A stretch of 64,000 bases of DNA from Raillietiella orientalis. Lineage: Eukaryota. Shown piece after piece: positions 1 through 11,029 of this stretch. The notes beneath the pieces were generated by a model, which had not been told where the DNA came from, did no database searches, and saw nothing but the letters and a program-made list of their open reading frames with translations. The stretch's first letter is position 1; each line of letters starts with the position of its first letter. Where the stretch lies: NCBI GenBank assembly GCA_036172245.1, contig JAYWIR010000001.1, positions 4,092,001 through 4,156,000 of the forward strand. Direction: 5' to 3'. Both the position numbers and the translations under genes were made by a program.

Positions 1-499
1 TTCATCTCATTTGAAGTCGATCAATTCGCGGCGAAACAGCCTTTGCGATGGGGCTGTCTTAAACTCCTCTTTCTACTCTCCTACTATGGAGATGGGGAAG
101 GGATGTTGGTGTGCAGATGCGGCCGTGTTTTCCTTGCCACCGGATTTGCTGGACAGAGGACGCACCCATCTCTTCTCTTCTTGAACGTGCTCTTAAAGAC
201 ACAGGATCGCCTCCCCAGGCACATACTACCCCTCTCGGCGACCTCCACCCTGCTCTCTGTAGTCTTTTTCCCTCACTTTGCTTGGCTGAGTGTGCTGCAT
301 GCACTCCTTCTGCACCAGTAAATCTGGTTCCTTGCCATCTCTTCTCGTTCGGAAACGGATGCCATCCTCTGATTTTGGCAACCGAGATGATGGCTTTTCC
401 CAGATGTAAAAGAGCATCCTGTTCCCCGGAAATTGCTTCTTGCACAACGTTGCATTCACATTCGTTTTCTAATACCCCCGGAAGCATCTGAGGAGAGGC

Positions 500-1073
500 C
501 TACGTATCTGAGTGCATGGAAGATGGCCATCCACCTTTGCAACCTTCCAATGTCGATATTCAAGACGAAGATTACACGAAAACAGTGTGCTCTCGGAGGC
601 GAAAACCACTGGTGCTGAAAAAAAGGTCACGAATCCAAACCGTGGAAGTGAACAACGCCCTCACTTCGAGGCATTCGCTGCAGACCAAGGTTGTTTTGGT
701 AACGACGACGAAACTCGTTAGACGCTGTGCGCTGCCCTCCCCATAAGATTGTCACGGCAGTGAAGATTCTGGCTGGCCAGTTTTCCTGCCCAATGCCTGA
801 GTGAGAAGAGCTCTGAGCAGTTGGCCGGCACGGAACCTCTTGCACGCTTTCTGCACTCGGATGTAACGACACCTTGTGTTGCGCTCCCGAGGTCTGCACC
901 GGTGGGCAAGCGTCTTTAACATCCCCGCTGATAAACTTGCAGCGCTCACAGCCCTCTCGGGCAGGTCCGCTTCTCCTCTGTGGAACAGCAACACACCGCG
1001 GCACTTTTCTTGCATTGAGGTTTTCCCATGCAACCAACGCCGACATCACCGTGTCCCGATTATCTCGGGGCAT
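500..1073 (-). pseudogene. Highly decayed LINE reverse transcriptase remnant (domains 0-2)
   Basis: ORF 627..1073(-) reads 'VMSALVAWENLNARKVPR...KVSLHPSAESVQEVPCRPTAQSSSHSGIGQENWPARIFTAVTILWGGQRT'. This aligns by eye with the better-preserved RT at 23098-23716 ('VTSAIAGLKRRKSPG...KVRLLPKAGDLRRLNNWRPITLMNSGVKLFSKLWSRRIGRIADSVVSPEQT'). Confidence 0.5.
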
Positions 1074-1399
1074 TCATTTCCCCGGAAGAAATATAAACAA
1101 ACAAAGAAAGACGTCGACCAGGCAACATCTTTCGAGTCCGTGGAGGAGCCACTGGCTCGCAGGTCGGCTACGCAGAGGAAGGGGCAGAAGAAAGAGGACA
1201 ATAAATAAACAAATAAAAAAGGTAGAGATAGCGATGGGAATCACCAGTTAGGTACGCCGCGCCTCTTCTGCAGCTCCAGTTGATGACTTCTCCATCGTTC
1301 CCGTCTCCGATTCCGGCACCGCAGGACAAGAGAAAACGCATCCTCTATCTGGACCAGGTCCGGAACGTTGCAATCTTTACCACATTTGCTCCTGGAACG

Positions 1400-2125
1400 C
1401 GAGATCCTCCGCAGCTGATGGCAACTAGCGGAAGCAACTCTCTTTCACAAGGATTCTTTTGGACAACTTCTGCAGCAGTTGCTTAAGCAGCAAGGACTTT
1501 CCTCCACCGTCCTAGTGGCGACCCTGTGCTGAACCCTTGCAGCAGCGGCGGACGGCCACATGCGTGGAACAATAATGGGGTCGGAGGACGGGCGGCCGTT
1601 CGATCTCTTCTATGAAGACAATGCCAGCAAGAATTTCTCATCTCCATGTAGAACGGAAGAGATGATGACTGCTGCATCTCAGAAGGACGGGAAGAATCGA
1701 AAACAAAGAGCGACCATTTTTTCCTCCTCCTTCACGAACGGGGAACCCGACGCACCTCTGATCCATCGTTTCCCGTTCTTCCGGGACAGGTCGCCTCCTC
1801 TACCTCCACTCCGACCCGCTTCTCGAGCGGAGGTCGGGTTCAGCTGGAAGAGACAAAAAGCATGTTTTCTTGATGATTTCCGAGCTACAACGGCCTTCCC
1901 TTTTCTTAATTCCGAATTTTTTCTTTCTATGTTTCCCTGTTGTCTCCCGTTTCATCTTGCACGAATTTATCCCTGTCTCTTGGAGTCCTGCCGCTCGATG
2001 CACGCAGCCTGTAAAGTGGAAGTTCGCTTCTCCCATTCGGATGTGTCCTACCCGCCTCCGGACAATGTCACCTTGCGTCATATATTCAAAATAAATAAAA
2101 AAACAACATCCAAGCAACTGTAGAA
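1400..2125 (+). mobile_element. Probable LINE 3' end remnant (group 2)
   Basis: Pyrimidine-rich UTR-like tract ending in ATTCAAAATAAAT...CCAAGCAA. The same terminal words end the minus-strand copy at about 31305-31345 (ATTCAAAATAAATGGCCAAGCAA). The 5' boundary is uncertain. Confidence 0.35.
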
Positions 2126-2134
2126 GTACCGACA

Positions 2135-3540
2135 AGCGCCAGTCCAAAAACAAAGGGATTATTCTAACAAAGGACAGAACGAGGAAGAAGGAGAGAAGCG
2201 AAGATAGAAAACTCAACAACGATGCATTGAAGATGCTCCATCAAGGTCAGGACGATTTCCGAGGGTATGCGCAGCATGAAGAAGGAAAGAAAGGGATGGA
2301 AAGTACTCTCGCCGGTATCGGGTTAGTCTTCCCACAATCTCTCGAAGACTCCTCGACCCTTAACATACCGCATCAAGCAATCAAAGTCCATGGCATGTGG
2401 GCAACCGGGGTTCCCCAGCGAAACCCGCGAAGAATACCGCACCCACCCACTGATTTTGTGAGCACCGTTCCTCGCAAGGAACGGAGAATTACCAGTCAAG
2501 AGGAGCCCGGGAGACCAACAAGAGTTAAAAGGGTTTTTATTGTTTTTTTAGGAGAGTGCTGCGGGGAGACATCATGGAAGCGGGAACCTTCCACAGCACG
2601 GCAGGACTTTTGCATCCAAGCGGCACGTGCACGAGTGTCTCCACTACGCCGCGGAGGGTGCGCCCTCTCCAGGAGCGTTGAGGTTCCCTGTTTCGGAGAA
2701 GCACCGCCCAGTGCAACAGCATCAAAGCAGTCCGCTTGGGACGAAAAGGTGTCTGCGCCCATCTCGTCTCCACCCACGGCCGAGCCCGAAATCACACATG
2801 CCGGACAGGAAGTGAAGCGAGTCTCCATCCTCGTCCGGGGAACCATGAACATATCTTTTGGCAAGGCTTCGCTCACCGCTCGACCCAGTTTCCATTGGGC
2901 ACGGAAGTGTCTCCCTCGCGAACCGACAGGTCAATCCCCAAGCCAAAGAAGCGTCCACTTCTTCCACTTCGCATGGATGCAACGGGGAACGCACGGTTCC
3001 CTGAATGATCTCCCACCATGTCCTGGGAAGCAGACGAGCACCATCGAGAGAGCATCTGGCAAAGGAGTGGTTTCTCCCAGCGTTCGGTGACCTTGTCGCT
3101 AAAGCGACTTGGACTTTCCAGGCGCTTCCTCGTTCCACGAGGTTCCTCCTGAATGGGAGGCAGGATGCTCGTCCGTGATCCCCAAGCAGCGGCGCGACCG
3201 GGCAAGGCGCGTGCAGCAGCCACCGCCCGCGCGCCTACAGCTGCATGAGGGGACGCACGCGTATCCTTTGCAGTTCGCCGCACTCGTCGCGCGTGTGCGC
3301 AAAGCCAGGCAGCCTCGTCGCCAAGGTCAGGAATGGCGCTCGAGTCCGCAAAGACAAGAACTCGGGGGGCGTATCCTGGCTAGGGAAAACCAAGTCTTTT
3401 GCCGTCGAGACCCGTTGGGATGCCGCAAGACCCGCCGCATCAGACCGGAGGACTCAAGTCGCATCCATCAGTCAATGAAATGCACGGAACGGAGGGACCG
3501 GGAAGAGCAAGTTCGCAGTCCCGGCAGGGCACCGTGAGCC
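2135..3540 (-). mobile_element. LINE 3' fragment (group 2): post-RT region, degenerate zf-RVT knuckle and 3' UTR
   Basis: ORF 2537..2773(-) 'LMLLHWAVLLRNR...GRTLRGVVETLVHVPLGC...LW' fits the L1 LLHW..CxxC..ETxxHxxxxC pattern with two Cys replaced by Arg. Segment 2135-2600 is clearly homologous to 31380-31800. Confidence 0.7.
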
Positions 3541-3648
3541 CTCGCCAACCTCACGCACGTGAACGCATCTAGGGGTGTCCCTCGAAACTAAGGGATTCAT
3601 CCAAGGGAGCTCCCAAGTTCTCTCTCAGCGACGAACCAAATGCCAACA
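2454..3648. repeat. Inverted duplication, copy 1 (partner 27454-28647)
   Basis: The reverse complement matches 27454-28647. ORF translations in several frames are identical apart from 2 substitutions and a 1-nt difference in a G-run. Confidence 0.97.
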
Positions 3649-4849
3649 TTTGCGACCACTACCTGCTCAACTGGATGTGGGGGTCGTCTTCGAGAAAGTC
3701 ACCAAGTGATTGGGACTGCAGCAGAATGGCAAAAGGCAGCTTCGGGAACTTCAGAATCGATGAGGTCGGCACTGACGATAGCACCGCAGCTCCAGCTCCC
3801 CTCTATCCTTGCTTGGAGCGAGTCCACGAAACGCGAGGTCCATCTTACCCATGGCCATCTATTTAGGCCGCTGCGACTCTTCAGAGTTCCCAGTAACGTC
3901 TCTTTGAAGTCAATGTATCCGGATAAGCGAACTGCTACCGGCAAGTATCTTCCCTCCCTGCTGCAGCCTACCACGCGAGACACGCGCGTAAGGAGCGGCT
4001 TCCGCTGTTCCGCAGTGGGTGCATCCCTTCGCGTGCACGTGATGGTGCTGATGGTTTCGAAAGCAGCTGCCGCGGCCAGTATGCCAAAGACAAAGCAGAT
4101 GAAGGGTGGAGGCGTGGATCGGGATTCCCGGGGTCTTGCAGCGTCCACGCGGAATCCCAAGAGACTCGATCCACGTTTGCGGGCGCCGCGCCAGGTCACG
4201 GGTTATCTGTGCCGTTGACCATGGCGCGATGAGCTCTGCGATTCCCCACGAGCCGGCAGGTCACCCTCCCCCCCATACTGCAGTCAATGCCGCCTCTCCC
4301 GCTTGTCACCGGTCGAGAAGAGTCAGCTGCGGTCTTGGTCAGTTTGATGATGGCCTTGGAAGAGCAGCCTCGCGTGGTCCAGCGTCCCGACAAGGAGTGT
4401 TCTGTGCTGAAGCGGCGAGCGGCTCATCTCTTCAGGAGGATCCACGCCTCCTGCGCACGCCGCCTCCAGCTGGGATCACAGCACCGCCCTCCCGCGTGTC
4501 TGCGGTTGCGTGGGAGGATGGGACCGGGTCCTTCGCTATTCTTCGCGTTCTCCATGTGAGTGAGTGGGGGTTTCGCAGCTTCGCCACGAGAACCCAACCC
4601 TGGACAGATGAACGCTTGCATCCGGAGTGGAAGGCGAATTTAGGCTCGAGCCTCGCAGCAAGGAGACCGAGTCCTTAGGTGGTGGCTTGGACGCGGATGA
4701 CCCCACGGAGGATGACTGCTCGGCACCCACGACGCCGTCGTCGTACCCATTGCAAGCGGGAGAAGTCAGGAAAGGGCACCGGAAGCGGGGACGATCGGGG
4801 CGTTCGGAACCTTTAGGCAATCGGAGCTGGCCGTCTCGGAAGTAGACCG

Positions 4850-5900
4850 GAAGATGTTGCGTGTCTTTCAATTCGGTGGACGAGGTCTTCCTCGTGGCGA
4901 GGGAACCCTTGGAGGACAAGGACGGGTGAGTGAGGGATGCGCCCACGAAGATCCCCGGGGAAAATCATTCTGCAGCCAGCAATGCACCGGATACCATCAT
5001 CCTGGGACTTTGTTTCGTAACCTGAATGGTTCCATCTCCAGGATCGACTCGGGGAAGATTTCCGGTGCGGATCGCGTGCTTTCCGAGGAGCTGGAATTGC
5101 GCATTCCACGCAGAGAAGCTCTGTGTCTGAAATGGACATCCGTGGTTTTCTGTTCGGGTTCGTAGTTTTGGAAGCGAACCTTCCACCAGTTGCTTCGTAG
5201 GTTTCTTGTTTTCCTTTTAGGGGAAGAATCACGGACGGCACTCACTGCGGTCCTTGGGATTTGCATTACTGATGCCATGATTTGCTGGTATGGCCTTCCT
5301 AGTGGATTGTTCTGTACAGGATGTAAAGAAAAGCATAACTCTTGCGAAGAAATGGTCTTTCTTTTTGGTTTGCTGAGAGCTAAATAACCGTTGTCCTGGA
5401 GACTCACGTAGCTCTTTGGCACTGTCCACTCCACCCAAGGGTGTGTGTTAGCTCTTCAAGTTATAGGGGATAGCCTCGGAGGGAGCACCCTGTGAATCTA
5501 AGAGGGGCTCCATAGGAAGTTAGGGATGTTCCTCTCTCACCCTTGATAAGGGAATTCCTAAGGGAAACTCTTCCTTGTTCCCTATGGAGGAGAACATTCC
5601 TTGTTCCTTCTCCAAAGGGAATTCGGAAAGGATGAACTCCAGGAATTTCTTCTCTGGAGGGAACTCGCAAACGAACCAACCGCTCCTTGTTTTTTCCTTT
5701 GTAGAGGAATCTTGAAGAGACGCTTCCGAATTTTGCTGGAGGGCGCTTCCCGAAGGGAACGGCGCACTTCTTCACACTCTGGAGAGGTATCAACCAGCTT
5801 CATAGCCCCTTTTTACATATGCAGGGGAAACCCCAAAAGGAACAGACTCCTCGATTTCAAGATGGACCTCGGAGGGCCAACTTCGGATTCAGGCCACTCA
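4850..5900 (+). pseudogene. LINE ORF2 N-terminal remnant (end of AP endonuclease plus EN-RT linker)
   Basis: Fragments in expected L1 order across frameshifts: 'SFNSV', 'HPGTLFRNLNGSISRID', 'FWKRTFHQLL', 'LWRELANEPTAPCFF...KRR...FIAPFY'. Confidence 0.55.
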
Positions 5901-6499
5901 ACAGGGACATCCGGTTTCTGACTTCTACCAATGCCGCACCCGAACATGTTCCAGCATGCTTCGTCTTGCAGGCGGAACTCGAAACCTGCAAAGCGTTGGT
6001 GTCGATCCTCAACTGACATCTATCCTGGCGTCGATCCGTGACGGGTATTCGAACCCTCAGAGCTTGGAACCATGCGCCCAGGCTGTAGCCACACAGCACC
6101 CAGTGCTGGCATCTTCCGCTTCCAACTTTGCATCTTGGACATCTTGCTGCTACCTGCATGTGCTGAAGTGATCTTTCCTCAAAGACGCCCAACTATGTTG
6201 AAACGCTTTGCCTACGCGCACGCGTGGTGCGGCCGGCTTAACAGCCTCGGACCGAGTGCTTCTGACGATGTTGCTTGATCATTCCTAGGGTCCTCTTTCT
6301 CATTCTGCAGTACCTGTGAATTCGCTGAGGTTCCCCTGAGGGCCGAATTTGATTTCGATGCCAGCATTGAGGCAAAGCACGAAGAGTGGTGCGTGGTTTG
6401 GGCAAATGAATGCTCTGCCCCGAAGTCGGTTTATAAGGAACGAACTGAAATTTGCCGCTTACGGCAGCGGGTGCGGTTAGATTCTGCTTTCCAAAAAGT

Positions 6500-7915
6500 A
6501 GCCGGACTCACTTCAGAGCATCCTCCTCCTCGGGGATTCCACGCTTAGACTGGGAGCGAAGGCTTACTTGCAGTGACCCGTCATGCCTCAAAGTCTGACT
6601 GAGACAGTCTCGACATGCACCCAGAGTCTGACGAATCTTGAAAGCAGAAAGCTGTTGGGAGTATGCCTTACTCTCTCTTTCCATTTTTTTTGCCCTCGTT
6701 GCAACCACCTGGAGCAAGCTGCACGCTTCCTCGTTCAGCGAGCCATCAGCAGCGTGGGACTCCCGTCCTTCCTCTACCGGCATCCACGCAGTCTCATCCA
6801 TTGAGCATTACACTTTGTCAGATGGCTACGCTGACTAAAAAGAACGGATGCATCTCGTGCTGCCCCGCGAACGGTAGTTCCTGGTTTCAAGAAGCCATTC
6901 CCACGTGGGCGCAGCACAACGAGCGATCCCCGGAACAAGTACAACGTTTGCTGAACTGTTCTTACAACTGCTCGCTCCGGGAGATTCTGGAACACCCCTT
7001 GAAGAGTGCATGAGCAAGATTAACAGCCTCCCTCGCTGCAGCGCTGCCCTCCCCGAGGGAACATATGGCAGCAGCCTCGCGGCCGAATGGGAGGGAAGTG
7101 CCGAAATCCCCGCCAGGAGAAGAGGTCTGGGTGAGTGGACGACAGGCCAGCTAATGAGCGCTGCGACCCAGAGTGTCTCGCCACCAGGACTTTTGCTCTG
7201 AGGCGAGCTACTCGGCATTCCGGAGGAAGGCCTGCAGTGGACCCCAGTGATTCTGGACAGATGCACCCTCCCCCCTTAAAGTTGCCAGAGTCGACACTGA
7301 TGCTGCCGCACTGGAGCCTGCCGCGCAACGCTCGCCAGTATCATTGGACGCGGGTGTATGTAGACCCGAACTGTCTTGCACCTGCTAATGGATTGTCTTG
7401 CCCTCTATCCCCTCTGGGAACGCTTTTCTGCTACCCTTGGAATACCCCGATACCAGGGACGTTGTCCGACTCTTTGTGCGGGACTCCCTGCAGCTAGCCT
7501 CAGTCACTGTAGGGAAGCAATTTGCTGCTCCGTGGGATTGTGATGGCGTGGAGCGACTCCAACAGAGGAAGTAAGGACATGGACACCGTCCATTTCGATG
7601 TTCACATTCTGAGGATGGCGTCCAGATGGCCCCACCTGGGACACATTCGGACAGACCCAGCCGGTATCCTGGGAAGAATGCAAGCTCCCTCCAGAGAACA
7701 GTGATCCTTTCCCGGCCGTCCACGGTGTTTTTCTTTTCTTTTATTTTTCTTTTCTTTTTTTTTCCATGTCCTTCCGTCGCCGAGGTGAGCCCAGCCGGTC
7801 TGCGCACCGGTAACCCGGCAGGTCCACTGCAAGATCGGCCGTGGTAGGGCTATATGCCCCACCACGACAGTTGTATGTTTATTTTAATTAATAAACGCCC
7901 CGGCGTGACTGGGTG
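6500..7915 (+). mobile_element. LINE copy C (5'-truncated; ORF2 C-terminus and 3' UTR with terminal hairpin)
   Basis: 'PANGSSWFQEAIPTW...QRLLNCSYN' and 'LMLPHWSLPRN' match copy B (19437..19988, 19035..19319) and copy D (51.2-51.8 kb). Ends in AATAAA-CGCCCCGGCGTGACTGGGTG (7890-7915). Confidence 0.85.
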
Positions 7916-10900
7916 GCAACTCACTCCATTTATCCTTCCCATTCCTATTTCCTGGTTTTCCGTACATCCAAGCGTTTCTGTGAGGAAAACGGAAATAATT
8001 TTCTGCGAGCGCGGGAAAACAAATCCTGAATTTTTTTTAGCATCGCTTGTTCTGCGGGGTCATCATGGAAACGATTGCCACCTGCATTTTGGCGATGATG
8101 GAACCTGAGCGGACCGAGGGCCATTCCTCGACCTCGGAGCACTCGTCCCCGGAGAACACGTCAATTTCGAATGGAGACCCCCATCGCTGAGTTGCCGTTT
8201 CAACAACGGGTGCTCTCGTCCGTCGCGCGTCTCCTGCGCGACTATTTTGCCGAGGTGCAGTTTCTTAACGAACGCAAATAACCCGGATCGAGGAAGGAAA
8301 AGAAGAAGGTAAAATGTATGAAGTCTGAGAGCCTTCAGTGATCATTTCGGACTTCAGACTACCGCCATGGAAAGTTCCCATTCCCCATTGGCTCTCTTTC
8401 CGTCCTAAGTGAATAACCAATGGCAACGCCAATGCATCCATGCCTTCCTCGAGAATTCCAGCATCTGCAAGTCAGAATGATACTCTCATACGTTTCCTTG
8501 ACAGGCTGCCTGAATATTCGATTAGAAAAGTGTCGATGCTGAATTCTGTGATTCCTCTTCTTTATCCTGTAGCAATCCTTCATTGCTCAGAAGGGTCTTT
8601 CAGCTGTTCCCGCGCTCCGTTCTGCTGCTTCGATGCCGGCGAACGGAGAGTTTCCTGCGAACTCGGACTTCCTGAGAAGCAGCTGGAATGCTGTTTCCTT
8701 CTTGCTGCTTCCCGCGTTTTTTTCCAGCCTTCGGTTCTTCCCTGTTCCCCAGGGATTCAGGAACCCTTGGATTCACCCAACCGGGGGTCTTGGCAGCTTG
8801 ACAAGGCCACCGCCACGGAAGAGTCGTGGATTTGCAAGGCTCTTCCATTGTCCCGCACCCGATGTGCGTGTGCAGCGGTAAGGGACTATTCCCTGGTTCC
8901 TGGAGGGAACCCAGGAAAGAACCCCCTTCCTCCTGATTGCTGGAAAGGGATCAAGAGGGGGGTCATGGCAGGCATGTGGCAGTAGCAGCTGCAGGATTTT
9001 ATGCAGACTGACTGCGTGCTCAAGAGGAAGGTTCTTTTTCTACTAAAGACGCACACTGCTTTTCTGGAGAGAATCTTCTGCTTTTGTATGGGAGGTTCTT
9101 GTCGTTCCAATTAATCCGTAGAATGAGATTAGGTTTCACGCAAGAAATTGTGGTTAAAGGTGCAGATTTGTTCTTGGGTTTGTTTTTGGATGATAGATGG
9201 ATACGTTTTGTGGCTTTTCGGTAGGAATCATTCGTCTGTTCTTCCATTTATCTCATATAGATGCTAAAAACCGTTTGCTACAATGGTGTAAGCTACGCGG
9301 TGTGCATCATCCTCATTTCCCTATAGATTTCAAATCACTGAAGTTCTCCATGAAGAATTCCTCACAAGCCTAAAATCCATCATAGAAGGAAGCAATGGGA
9401 ATGTTCCCGCGATAAACCTAATTCCTCGACGAATGTCACGGATCGAGGACTAACTTTTCAAGGTACAGGAGAAACGTTCTTCAGTCCTGAATCGGGATAA
9501 AGGAGCTTGGATATGAAGTGATTCAGCAGAGAGACCCCTTCATTCCTTCCTTCTGGGGATGTGCACGTCATGTTTCAAGGAATATCCCCATAAGTGTTTG
9601 GATGGACTCTTTCCATTGACTTCCATTTGCTCTGTTCCCTTTTTTCCGCGATTTAGAAAAGCAATTGTTTTTTTTCGTCAAATATCCTGAAAAGCAAGTG
9701 CTGCTATTGTCAATTCAACTGTCTTGATATAAGCAAAGTAAAATGATCTCTTGAAAAAACTTCCTTCATCTTGAAATTTCCTTATTTTGCTTCTCTTCCT
9801 GAGGGTGTGTTTGAGTTTCGACTGTCTCTTTTTGACGTGTGGCTTGCTTTCCCTTGCATAGAAGGCACAATCTTTCCCGAATCCTCTTGAGCTCTGGATG
9901 CAGGGGAAAAAAAAAAAACGTGTGGACATCACATTGATTTTCTCAGCTGTGAAATTCTCAGAGCAAACAGCTGACGTGTCCATTAAATTAATCGTGACTT
10001 TCGAACCGCGTCATCCGAAATTATCCAGCTACTATTAACTCCCCACCTGCCTCGCACCCAGTCCCAAGGTGGTATTGCTCATGTCAAATTATCTGTGCCA
10101 CTGTGCTTCAGCTCTCTTTCAGGCAGCCGTACATCTGCTTTCAACTCTTACTGTCCTGCAAAGGGCCAGCAATTTAGCACGCCACAAAAGGTTTCTGCCT
10201 CGCATTCTCGTGAAATGCATTCACGACGTCAACTTATTGCGAAACGGGTCATCCGTCATCCTGAAGCAGTTGGCTGCGCAGCCGGCTTCGAGGAATAGGT
10301 CTCGAACCTCTCTATTTTCTGTTTCAACCTTTCAACTTCCATTTCAGTCGCTGCTTACAAAAGGGATCCGAAATGCGTCTAGGTGTGCGAAAGTTGCAGC
10401 TGCAGGGATGAAACTCTACGGCGAGTTTGTCGTATCCGTTCAGAAGACCGTGCTGACATCCGAGCTGACTTTAGAATATAAAGCCTTCCGGACGCCTTTG
10501 CCGTGGCCATTAGACTGCGTTGTGTAACCTCAGGGCTGTAGAAAACCCAGCAAAACGCACACGTAGGAGAAAGAGAAGAAGAGAAAATGAAGATGGCGTC
10601 GTGAACCGAAAGCATTCCAAAAACTGTCATGCTCGCAAAACCCGTGCGTTTGTTTTGAACCGGGTACCAACTGTCCTCCAGAGGTCTGAAACGGCTGTAA
10701 TGCAGTTGCCCGCTTCAAGGAAATCACCTGGACAACGGGGAATGACACAGCTTCTTCTGGATTCTATGGAAAGGCTCAGGCCAGCACTAGCTGCTTTATT
10801 AGTCGTGAGAGGCATGGTTGCACCAAGATGGAACCGCTGCTCCTAAATTTTATCTTTCCCTGTGAGGGTGCTTCAACCGGAAGTCTGGCCTTTCCGCGGC

Positions 10901-11029
10901 CACAGATTTCCCTGCATAGGTACCCAGGCCGGTCTGAGGTCAGTTGCTTGATCAGGAAGCTGAGCGACCTAAGTGTGACATCGGGACTTTCCTGAAAACT
11001 CTTCCAAAGTTCTCCAAAGAGCTCTCAGA

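Noticed and set aside
2227-3090. 287-aa ORF, and the other long GC-rich ORFs at 45911, 49380 and 53206, as genes
   Set aside because: No recognisable domain. The 287-aa ORF is antisense to a decayed LINE and the others lie in GC-rich repeat-like DNA where long open frames are expected.
7896-7915. Terminal hairpin as a Helitron 3' end or a bacterial terminator
   Set aside because: No CTRR or U-tract follows, and it always caps LINE-derived sequence.
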